From Candidatus Poribacteria bacterium (GTDB lineage Bacteria > Poribacteria > WGA-4E > UBA9662): a stretch of 37,984 nt of DNA. The notes below the pieces were generated by a model. It was given only the letters and a program-made list of their open reading frames with translations, searched no databases and had not been told where the DNA came from. Where the stretch lies: contig JAYGDX010000173.1 in NCBI GenBank assembly GCA_046582655.1, positions 1 through 37,984 on the forward strand, written 5' to 3'. Of the stretch, positions 20,136 to 29,514 are shown piece by piece (position 1 is the stretch's first letter; every line of letters begins with the position of its first letter). A program made the position numbers and the translations under genes.

Positions 20136-20950
20136 GGCCTGTTAACATTCATGCCAACCAGATAATGGTACACACCAAGTTGAGCCTAGACATGAAGTTG
20201 CGATCAAGCTTTTTATAGCGCCTGGCAATACGGCGAAACTGTTTAATTTTATTGAAGAAACGCTCCATCAGGTTGCGGTCTTAGTACCAGTGATGATCAG
20301 ACTCTGGTTGTTGGTTGCGATTACTGCGCGCTGGTATGACCACCATGGCTTCCATGCCTTGGATCATTTGGATGAAATCATTGGCATCATATGCCTTGTA
20401 GGCAATCACCATCTCAGGATTCAAACCCTCCATCAAGGCGGGAGCCTGGATGGAATCTTGACCGGCGGTCAAAATGGAACGTCATGGATTACCTAAGGCA
20501 TCAACCGCTGAATGAATCTTGGTGGTCAATCCACCACGCCAGCGAGCGATGGCCTGAGGCCCTTCTTTTTTTGCACCTGCACCATGCTGATGAACTCGAA
20601 TGATTCTACTATCCAGGAAAAGTTGTTCCAGATCAATATCATCGGAGACCTGTTCCAGCAAACGTTTCCAAACCCCTTTTTTGCCCCAACGGGAGTGCCG
20701 CCTGTACACACTGTGCCAGTTGCCAAAGGCAGGAAGCAGGTCGCGCCAAGGTGACCCAGTCCGTGCAATCCACAGCACAGCTTCAATCAACAATCGCTTG
20801 TCCCCGTCGGTCTTGCCAGGGTCACCCTCCTTGCCTGGTAGAAGATCCTTGATGCCTTCCCACTGGTCGTTTGGCAATAGTTTTCTGTTCATATGGTCTT
20901 TCCTCCAATGGCCATAGAAGACACTAACGATGAATAAATGTTAACAGACC
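20136..20950 (-). mobile_element. IS5-family insertion sequence (IS427-like), 815 bp, inactivated
   Basis: Terminal inverted repeats GGCCTGTTAACATT / AATGTTAACAGACC (13 of 14 match), flanked by CTAG on both sides (20132-20135, 20951-20954). Confidence 0.92.
20149..20892 (-). pseudogene. IS5-family transposase with two in-frame stops
   Basis: RTGSPWRDL, DSRIIRVHQH, GGLTTKIH, then TGA (20482-20484), AYKAYD, TAA (20281-20283), then RNLMERFFNKIKQFRRIARRYKK to TGA at 20149-20151. Confidence 0.9.
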
Positions 20951-20989
20951 CTAGTCTTCAACCCTGTTATTCTCAGATTAAAAGGATAA

Positions 20990-23900
20990 ATGACAATGCT
21001 AGTCAAGAAAATCAGACAACCACATTTGTTTGATTTTCAAATAGCCTTAGGTGTTATTTGGGCATGTCTTACTATGGTGGGGTGTGTCTCGCAAGAAGTG
21101 GTGCGCAAAGCAGACTGGGAAACTAATTTCACCGATCTTCATTTTGCCAATCAACGGCAAGGTTGGATTGTTGGTCTCAATGGCCTAATCCTCCACACCA
21201 TGGATGGTGGACAAACGTGGATCCAGCAAGAATCGGGTGTTAAAAAGGATCTCAAATCGGTCTGTTTCACAAACAACCGATACGGTTGGGCGGTAGGATA
21301 TGATGGTATAATTATTTCGACGGATGATGGCGGACGACATTGGCAGATACAGGAGGGTGATTCCTCTGCCATGTTTAACGATGTGTTTTTTGTTAATTCG
21401 AAGGTTGGTTGGATTGTTGGTGAAGATGTGGATGTGCTTTTTACTCGGAATGGCGGAAAAACATGGAAGCGACACCAATTTGTCAGTGAGTTTCCGTTGA
21501 ATGGTGTTTGGTTTGCTAATAAGTATCTTGGTTGGACGGTGGGTGAATATGGCCGTATCCTGACTACGGGAGATGGAGGCAAAGGTTGGAGGGAACAAAG
21601 CAATCGATTCGAGGGTGGCGAGACCGAATGATTAACAATAATAAGGGAATCTTTTTTATTGATGACTCGGAAGGTTGGCTATTTGGAACTGATGGATCAA
21701 TCTTTCATACCACCAATGGAGGGGCAGAATGGAGTCGTCAGGAAAGTCGAATTCCTTTGATCAATGGACACGTTCGTGAAACGGTTAACGGTATCCATTT
21801 TTTTGACAAACAGCATGGTATCGCAGTTGCTGATATTGGTTTTATTGTTAATACTATGGATGGGGGCAATAATTGGCAACTTTGTGAAAGTGTCACAGAC
21901 AACAATATGACAGCCGTACAGTTTACCAACCGGAATGGAGCATGGGCTGTTGGTTGGCACGGTACCATTTTAAAATCGAATGACAGTGGTCAGACATGAG
22001 AGATGGTAAATCGGTACAACTTCAAATGACCTTGAGCAAGTAGCATTTGCTGATGGTAATCGTGGGCTTGCTGTTGGCCAGCACGGAACAATTACTATGA
22101 CACAGGATGGTGGGCGAACTTGGACAGAAATCGAATCGGATATCTGGGATAATATCAGAGGTCTCTACTTTGCTTCTGATCAGGAAGGTTGGGCAGTGGG
22201 TGACCGGGGTCTGATCACACACACCGTAAACGGCGGCAGAACTTGGGAACATCAGAAAAGCGGATGGTGGTACACATTAACTGATGTTTATTTCATCAAT
22301 CCTGAAAAAGGTTGGGTAATTGGAGACCTCGGCACGGTGTTACATACCTCGGATGGTGGAGAATCATGGGTAAAACAAACTCCTGGTGGATTTCAGATGC
22401 TGAAGGGTGTGTTCTTCTTCGATGACCATATCGGTTGGGTGATAGGTTGGCCTGGCGTATGCCTCCATACGGAAAATGGTGGACTAACCTGGACAACGCA
22501 AACAACCGGTACCTACAACGAACTCTACGGAGTTTACTTTGTCAACTCGAATATCGGCTGGATTGTCGCTCAGTATGGAGAAATTCTACATACAACTAAT
22601 GGTGGAGAGACTTGGAAATTCCAATACTCAGGAACAGATAAAGATCTTAATAAAGTCTATTTTGCTAATCGGAATTACGGAATGATCATCGGTGATGAAG
22701 GTTTGATCCTGACAACAATAGACGGTGGTCAGAAGTGGGAAGTGCAGGAGAGTGGAACAAACAACGATCTCTACGACTTTGCCTTGTCACCAGAAGGAAT
22801 GGTCGCTGTCGGTAAAGGTGGTATTACCATGCGCTATACAGTTGAGGACGAGGATCTTCCTGTTGATCTACCACCTACAGCAGAGGAAGTTGAAACTTTA
22901 GTCGCCAGTGGCCAGCTCTCGATGGAGGTGGTCGCCTATGAGTGGGAAATTGTGCGTCATACGAATTGGCAAACGGACTTTGCCGATGTGTTTTTTGTTG
23001 ACAGTCAGTTAGGTTGGGTAGTTGGGTCAAATGGGAAAATTTCCCACACAGTCAATAGCGGTCAAACGTGGATGCCTCAGCGTAGTCCTGAGAAAACTGA
23101 CTTGAAAACGGTTTTCTTTACCGATAAAGATCATGGTTGGGTTCTCGGTCGAGCAACTCTTCTGCGAACCGAAAATGGTGGTTAAGCCTGGCGGGTAATA
23201 AAAGGTGCGTTGCAAAATATGAGATCAATGCAACCCATGTATTTTATTGATCAAAATTATGGTTGGATTGGCGCGGAGCAAGGAAAGATTTTGCATACTA
23301 CCGATGGTGGACTAACATGGGGGTTACAGGAAACCAGCGCGACAAATAGGCCGATCCTACCGGTATCCATTTTATCCATGCAAAAGAGGGCTGGGCTATT
23401 GCCCCGCAGCGCCGAGATGGTGGCTATATCCTACATACTATCAGTGGTGGCGAATATTGGCAGGTTTTAGGCAGGACGAACCAAGCGGGAATCGGTGTCT
23501 ATTTTCTTGACAAAGATTCAGGTTGGATTGTACTTGCTAATGGAACATCGCTAATCACTGCAAACGGTGGGCAGACATGGAATATAAGAACCAATAACTT
23601 TACCGGCCATCTTCAGCAGATCAAATTTTCCGGCCATGATTGGGCGTGGGCCACTAGTCGGGATCAGGGTAAGTCTTGGGATCGAGTCTACGTTAACACT
23701 ACTATTAGCCCTCAAGTCACTCGTGGTTCTCAGAAACCACAGACGCCCCAAATTATAGTCAAGAAACCGCTGAAACGGGTTGCTGATCAGTTTCAGAACT
23801 TGCTTGAAGAACGAGGGATGAAGTCAGACCGTTTTGAACGTCAAGGGGAATCTAAAACGAGTGCCATTGAGGTAGAACTGGATATAAACCGATCAACAGC

Positions 23901-24988
23901 GGCAAGTCAGCCAAATGATCCTGCAAGGAGAAAAAACCTCCAATCTAGGCGGCCGGGAAATAGTGCAATTCATGGCGAGCAGATTGAAAATGTCCATTTT
24001 AGCCGTCATCAATTTGCTTGGGCTGTTGGACGATCCGGCTGGATTTTCCATTCCGACGATGATGGCCAGACTTGAAAAAGCAACTTGGTGATAGCCGACT
24101 GTCAGATCTCAAGGATATTTTGTTCTACGATGATACACATGGTTGGATAGCTGGTGATCGAGGGATGTTTCTTGAAACACAAGATGGCGGCAGGAACTGG
24201 ACGCTGCTCAAAACTGGAACTCGACAGGACATAATTGGTATTCGTTTTGTTGGCTTCGATCGGCAATGGGGTTGGGCAATGCAACGCAATGGAACAATAT
24301 TATACACTACTAATGGCCAAAAATGGTCGCAGGATCAAACTCCAATGCGCCTGCCAATCTTCGAAGAGGATCCTCCTCGAAGTTTTCGCATGAATGATGT
24401 CGGTTTCGGTAAATTTTCGGAAGGTTGGGCTGTTGGCGCGACGATGGACAGATTCTTCACAATCAAGATGGTGGTCCAATATGGGCGGCGCAAAGAACAT
24501 CTACGGGAAGGAACCTGATTGATCTAGATATGAAATTCGCACCCCTCGGTTGGGCTGTTGCATAGTGGCATGGTGCAAAGAACTATTAATGGCGGACAGT
24601 ACTGGAGATATCATGAAACAGATACTGGTTATAATCTTTTTGCAGTTTCATTTGCAGCTGACCGGAAAGGATGGGGGCTGGACAGCATGGAATTGTACTG
24701 AGAACGGCAGATGGAGGTTTCGTATGGAAGGCAATATCGAGCGGTACAAACAAAGATTTACATGGTATTCTTGCATTGTCAGATCAGGAAATCTATGTTG
24801 TGGGAGCAGATGGCTTGATTCTTCATTCTATGGACGGAGGAGAAATCTGGAAACAGCAACACACTGACCTTGATACCGACCTTTATAAAATAGTTCGTGC
24901 TGAAGATGGTAAAATGCTTTGGGTTGTTGGTGAATGGGGAGTCATTCTTAAACGACGGATTGAACTGCCTGAGATCGGTCTCAGGTAA
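20990..24988 (+). pseudogene. Large Ycf48/BNR (Asp-box) repeat beta-propeller lipoprotein, broken by about 7 frameshifts and 2 nonsense codons
   Basis: LTMVGC lipobox; many F....GWxVGxxGxILHTxDGGxTW repeats running on across ORFs 20990, 21586, 22097, 23210, 23800, 24072, 24671. Confidence 0.88.
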
Positions 24989-25005
24989 AGGGTATTTGTT
25001 GGTTT

Positions 25006-26058
25006 TTACTCGAGTGTAAAAACTGCGATAACACCTGAATCATCGCCGACTGAAATCTTGGTATCATCAAGCGACCAAGCCACTTTGGTAAGACTGTTAT
25101 CAAAGTCAATCTTGACTTTTGGTTGCTTTCGTTTACGACCGGTAATGGGTTCCCAAATTGCCAGTAAGCCATCAAGACCTGCTGAAGCTAAAAGGTCCCC
25201 ATGATGCTGAAAGGCAATATCCACTAGAAAGTCCTCATGTTCATCCAGCATAATTGGCCTCCGACCTTCCGGACCTTTTCCGGAACAATCCCAGATGACT
25301 ACTTGTGAACCACCACCCGTTGCCAAATATCGGCTACTTTTATCCCATGACAGTTCACGAATCTTGGTTGGGTATCCTGACATCTGGAGATCCTGCCCAG
25401 TTTCCATAAACCAAAAACGCACTGTTGAATCCTGATCGCCGGTAGCAATGAACCGAGTATCTGGGCTCCAGTCAATCTTAAGTGCGGATCCCTGCCAATC
25501 AAACACGCGGAGCTCTTTTTCCACACCGGGAGACCATAATTTTATACCACCATAAGAAATTGAGGCAAGTATGTTTTCTCGCGGATTCCATTGGATATCT
25601 GCAATTGTGTTCGGCTGATCCAAGGCTTCCCCAATCAGGTCACCGTTTGCTGACCAGAATTTCAATTTTTTTCCGGCACCAGTCGCCAAAATTCGATCTT
25701 GGGCGGAATCCTTACTCCAGGAAATATGCTCGACCCAAGCCGCACCACATCCCAGTTCCGTAATTAAATCGCCTAATTCGGAAGACCATAATTTCGCTTT
25801 TCCATCCTGACCAGCGGTTGCGAGTATATCTTCGTCAGGATGCCATGCTATGGTCATGGTGCCAAAACCATGTCCTTCCAAAATGTGGTCAATATCACCG
25901 GTTTCAGCGTTGAAAATGGTAATGGGCCCACTGACTGCTGCTGCTGCAATTTTCTTTTTCCGTGGAGACCAACAGAGATCAATTACGTGATCATTGATCA
26001 AATTGCGCCAATCTTCACGAAGTCCTATAGTTCTCCTTTTTCTACTTACACGAGACAT
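25006..26058 (-). CDS. WD40-repeat protein
   Basis: LEGHGFGTMTIAWHPD..LATAGQDGKAKLW and similar repeats; start overlaps the upstream COG0523 stop. Confidence 0.9.
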   Translation of the reverse strand: MSRVSRKRRTIGLREDWRNLINDHVIDLCWSPRKKKIAAAAVSGPITIFNAETGDIDHILEGHGFGTMTIAWHPDEDILATAGQDGKAKLWSSELGDLITELGCGAAWVEHISWSKDSAQDRILATGAGKKLKFWSANGDLIGEALDQPNTIADIQWNPRENILASISYGGIKLWSPGVEKELRVFDWQGSALKIDWSPDTRFIATGDQDSTVRFWFMETGQDLQMSGYPTKIRELSWDKSSRYLATGGGSQVVIWDCSGKGPEGRRPIMLDEHEDFLVDIAFQHHGDLLASAGLDGLLAIWEPITGRKRKQPKVKIDFDNSLTKVAWSLDDTKISVGDDSGVIAVFTLE

Positions 26059-27407
26059 GATTTGAACCCTTTAACCAACTCTTGCTGATCCAAGTAACGG
26101 CCAATGAAAATCATTTCATTTCTGCGTATTTCGTCTTTCCAAGGCTTATCGGGTTCACTATCAAAAAGCATATGAATGCCTTGAAAAACGTGCCGATTTG
26201 GTGCTCCAGCAAGACTAAGAATCCCTTTCATGCGAAAAATGTCAGGACCTCTTGTTTGCAGTAGATGTCCAATCCATTCATTAAATCGATTTGGATCCAA
26301 ATCGCCTTCAATTTTTATTCCAACAGACGTAACATCATCATCATGCTCATGATGATGTCCATATTCGTAATCACGAATAGACTCAACCTTCCCATTGTTG
26401 GCACGCAGTTCTAGCTCAAGATCGTGTGGATGGTACTCAGTGAAAAGCATATAATATCCTGCTTCTTTTACCTCTATATAATAACGCTGATGATTGCTGG
26501 CACCAGAGAAAAACAATTGATTTAATACTTTTCCAATCGTTATGGCTGACTGGTCATCAACTTTTTGCTCTTCGTCTGAAAATACCAATACGGCTTCTTC
26601 CAGAGCTTCATCAACCATTTCCTCTTTATCAACCTTAACATCACCACGCATAATGCAAACATTCATTATCTTCTGGTGGTTTTCCCGAAGAGTTAGTTCA
26701 TATATACCCTGTTCAAGTTGATACAACCCCACCCACTTAAATGGATACTCGGGTTCTAAGAAGTGCGGATCGATGTCTAAAGCATGGTCGAGATCAAAGC
26801 CTCCAATATTCAGAATTTTGTTGATCTCAATTTGAGTGTTCTTTGTGTGATAGATCTTAGCCATAGCATTCATTAAGCGAACACGTTTTTCGAGCTTGCC
26901 GAGCTCTTCCAAACTTACAAGATCCGTCTTATTCAATAAAACCACATCACCGAAAGCGATTTGCTCTTTTATTTCATCACTGTCGTCAATATGTTGCCAG
27001 ATATGTTTGGCATCCACGACAGTAACAATTCCGTCCAGTTCAAGTTGGCTTTGCATCTCAGTATCCATGAAGAAAGTCTGTGCCACTGGTCCCGGGTCAG
27101 CTAAACCTGTTGTTTCAATCAAGATATAATCAAACTTATCACGGCGTTTCATTAGATTCCCCAGAATCCGGATCAGGTCACCACGAACAGTACAGCAGAT
27201 ACAACCGTTGTTCATTTCGAAGATCTCTTCGTCCGTGTCAATTACAAGTTCGTGATCAACCCCTATTTCACCGAATTCATTCTCGATAACCGCAATACGT
27301 TTACCATGATGCTCACTGAGAATACGATTGAGTAGAGTCGTTTTCCCTGATCCTAAAAAACCAGTCAACACTGTAACTGGAACTCGATTGTTCACTTCAA
27401 TGTCCAT
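26046..27407 (-). CDS. COG0523/CobW-family G3E GTPase metallochaperone with an internal insertion
   Basis: GFLGSGKTT, NEFGE, GCICC, ETTGLADP, NKTD, HHHEHD, and CobW_C (RMKG, FQGIH, FIGR). Confidence 0.93.
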   Translation of the reverse strand: MDIEVNNRVPVTVLTGFLGSGKTTLLNRILSEHHGKRIAVIENEFGEIGVDHELVIDTDEEIFEMNNGCICCTVRGDLIRILGNLMKRRDKFDYILIETTGLADPGPVAQTFFMDTEMQSQLELDGIVTVVDAKHIWQHIDDSDEIKEQIAFGDVVLLNKTDLVSLEELGKLEKRVRLMNAMAKIYHTKNTQIEINKILNIGGFDLDHALDIDPHFLEPEYPFKWVGLYQLEQGIYELTLRENHQKIMNVCIMRGDVKVDKEEMVDEALEEAVLVFSDEEQKVDDQSAITIGKVLNQLFFSGASNHQRYYIEVKEAGYYMLFTEYHPHDLELELRANNGKVESIRDYEYGHHHEHDDDVTSVGIKIEGDLDPNRFNEWIGHLLQTRGPDIFRMKGILSLAGAPNRHVFQGIHMLFDSEPDKPWKDEIRRNEMIFIGRYLDQQELVKGFKSCLV

Positions 27408-27422
27408 CTATGGGGTTTAATT

Positions 27423-28451
27423 TTAGTTACTGACTTGGCAAGACTTAAAACGTTCAGTCAACTCGTTGGCATCAACGCCGTCATGGGTGCCAATCATTAC
27501 GATCCGGGTATAGGGTGTTTTATCGCCCCACGATTCGCTGACAGATACACGTGTTCGCGTGCCTACCAGCTGAATCACGCCACGTCGATCCGGAAATTCA
27601 CTGAGAAACACAATTCCTTTGGCACGGTAGATAGTGGAAGGTAAAGATTCAACAGCCTGACGCAGCGCTTTGTAAGAGTGTGGTTTGTTGGAACTGTAAC
27701 TCCATGTGCTAAAAACTAAGGTGTGATCGTGATCATGCTTGTGATCTCCATGGTCATGCTGGTGGTGATCATGGCCAGATTCAGCATGAACATGTATGTC
27801 GAAACTCATTTTTCTAAAGACACGCTCAGGTTCAAATTGTCCTATGCCCAGTATCAATTCGAGCGGGACTCTCCCATGAGTTGTTTCTATGATCCGAGCA
27901 TTCGGTACAATCTTATGAACCCATGATTTTAATTCGTCTAGAGTAGCTTGATTTGTCAGATCAACTTTGTTAAGAATCACGATATCCGCCATGCTGATTT
28001 GGTCTTCAGCAAGTTCCTCATACTCATTGTCCAAATTCCGTATGTTTTCGGCATCGACGACAGTCAATATACTGTCCACATCAATTAATGATTTTAATTC
28101 GCTTTCAACAAAAGTCAGTGAGACAGAAACCGGATCTGCCACACCGCTTGTTTCAAGTATTAGATACTCAGGTCGGTCTGGTCCTTGGACTAGCTGTAAA
28201 GTCGATTCAACTAGATCGTCCCGAATCGAACAGCAAACGCATCCGTTTGAAAGACTAACCGAGTTACCAGAAACCCCGGCAATCAGTTCCGCATCAATAT
28301 TGATTTCACCAAAATCGTTAACTAGAACACCAACACGAAGACCATGATCCCCATGCAGTATGTGGTTGAGAAGTGACGTTTTTCCAGCTCCAAGAAATCC
28401 GCTCAGGATAGTAATTGGGATAGGAGCATTTTGATCTGAGGCTTCAAGCAT
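27423..28451 (-). CDS. COG0523/CobW-family GTPase with a His-rich linker
   Basis: GFLGAGKT, GCVCC, ETSGVADP, NKVD, HDHHQHDHGDHKHDHDH, RAKG. Confidence 0.93.
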   Translation of the reverse strand: MLEASDQNAPIPITILSGFLGAGKTSLLNHILHGDHGLRVGVLVNDFGEINIDAELIAGVSGNSVSLSNGCVCCSIRDDLVESTLQLVQGPDRPEYLILETSGVADPVSVSLTFVESELKSLIDVDSILTVVDAENIRNLDNEYEELAEDQISMADIVILNKVDLTNQATLDELKSWVHKIVPNARIIETTHGRVPLELILGIGQFEPERVFRKMSFDIHVHAESGHDHHQHDHGDHKHDHDHTLVFSTWSYSSNKPHSYKALRQAVESLPSTIYRAKGIVFLSEFPDRRGVIQLVGTRTRVSVSESWGDKTPYTRIVMIGTHDGVDANELTERFKSCQVSN

Positions 28452-28480
28452 TTTCTACGTGGTCCTAAACTTGACAAGTA

Positions 28481-28708
28481 TTAACAACATGGACAGCCGG
28501 AACGATGGCGTCTGCGAGCCGCATTTGGGCTAATCCCGTTACTGGATTGACTGTTCTGTTTCTTGAAAATCATTGGTATTCCAATTATTTTTTTAGTGTT
28601 TATATTTTTACAGAGTGGGCACTCGATAGTTTTATCTGATTCTGCCAATGAAACCTTTTCTTCAAAAACAACGTCACAGTCGGAACATTCAAAATCGTAT
28701 CGTGGCAT
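28481..28708 (-). CDS. FmdB-family zinc-ribbon protein
   Basis: MPRYDFECSDC...F...CPLC; Cys/His tail HRSGCPCC. Confidence 0.88.
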   Translation of the reverse strand: MPRYDFECSDCDVVFEEKVSLAESDKTIECPLCKNINTKKIIGIPMIFKKQNSQSSNGISPNAARRRHRSGCPCC

Positions 28709-28731
28709 GAGAAACTCCTTACATGTTATGA

Positions 28732-29235
28732 CTATAATCTGGTTGGATTTGGAACATCACCATAAACTTGTTTGGGATCAAAAACTTTTTCCGTGTCCTC
28801 GAAGTTTAACGTGATTGGCGACTGTCCTTTCGCTTCTTTGTTGAAAGGAATACTTCGGTAAAAGCAGGATCGGTAACCAACATGGCAACTTGCGCCTCCC
28901 ATTACATCCACCCGAAGCCAGATGCAGTCTTGATCATCGTCAACTCGAATCTCATGTACTTTCTGAACCAATCCGCTCGTAGCACCTTTATGCCACAAGC
29001 ATTGACGGCTTCGACTCCAATAAACAGCTTCACCAATCTCGATTGTTTTGGCCAGCGCGGATTGGTTCATATAGGCATGCATCAGCAATTCGCCAGTCTC
29101 ATAATCAGTTGTTACAACAGAAATCAAACCTTCCGCATCAAATTTGGGTGCAAGTTGGTTTCCCTCTTCCACCTTCTCTACACTCGTACGTTCAGCAAAA
29201 ATATCTTGTGGCTCCATTTTTCTTATTTTATTCAT
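28732..29235 (-). CDS. hisI: Phosphoribosyl-AMP cyclohydrolase (variant, DDDQD instead of DCDxD)
   Basis: [41 protein letters not shown]. Confidence 0.92.
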   Translation of the reverse strand: MNKIRKMEPQDIFAERTSVEKVEEGNQLAPKFDAEGLISVVTTDYETGELLMHAYMNQSALAKTIEIGEAVYWSRSRQCLWHKGATSGLVQKVHEIRVDDDQDCIWLRVDVMGGASCHVGYRSCFYRSIPFNKEAKGQSPITLNFEDTEKVFDPKQVYGDVPNPTRL

Positions 29236-29318
29236 CCATAGTATAAATTATCTTTAAAGGTATGTTCAGTTATCAGTAAAATGCTGTAAATCAATCGAAT
29301 GTGCTTGTGAACCGATAT

Positions 29319-29346
29319 GTTATAGCACCAAACTTTGGTTTGTCAA
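29319..29346 (-). promoter_or_regulatory. Sigma70 promoter of the hisI-COG0523 operon, with a palindrome in the spacer
   Basis: TTGACA-16 nt-TATAAC with extended TG; ACCAAA-C-TTTGGT at 29327-29339. Confidence 0.65.
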
Positions 29347-29439
29347 GCCAAACAAGAAAACGTTCATATTGATTAGAGGAATGGATGCTGATTATCAATT
29401 TCTGGCACCGGGTGTTTCAGCTTTTTCAACCCAGATCAC

Positions 29440-29468
29440 TTGACAGGAATGTCAGACTACTATAGGAT
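29440..29468 (+). promoter_or_regulatory. Sigma70 promoter for 29515..31776, with an inverted repeat over the -35
   Basis: TTGACA-17 nt-TAGGAT; TGACA-GGAA-TGTCA at 29441-29454. Confidence 0.6.
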
Positions 29469-29514
29469 GGAATCGTATTCGGATATTCCTGAAAGATAGA
29501 GAGAACTAAGTTAG

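Noticed and set aside
20482..20484. TGA in the transposase as Sec
   Set aside because: Falls at a hydrophobic (Leu-type) position in a gene with a second nonsense codon.
21997..24075. TGA codons at 21997 and 24073 in the BNR gene as Sec or Trp recoding
   Set aside because: Both sit at Trp positions and coincide with frameshifts. TAA and TAG breaks also occur, and intact genes here end in TGA, so code 11 with decay explains them.
28720..28740. ATGTTATGACTATAAT as a Zur box
   Set aside because: Spacing and right half do not fit, and it overlaps the hisI stop inside the operon.
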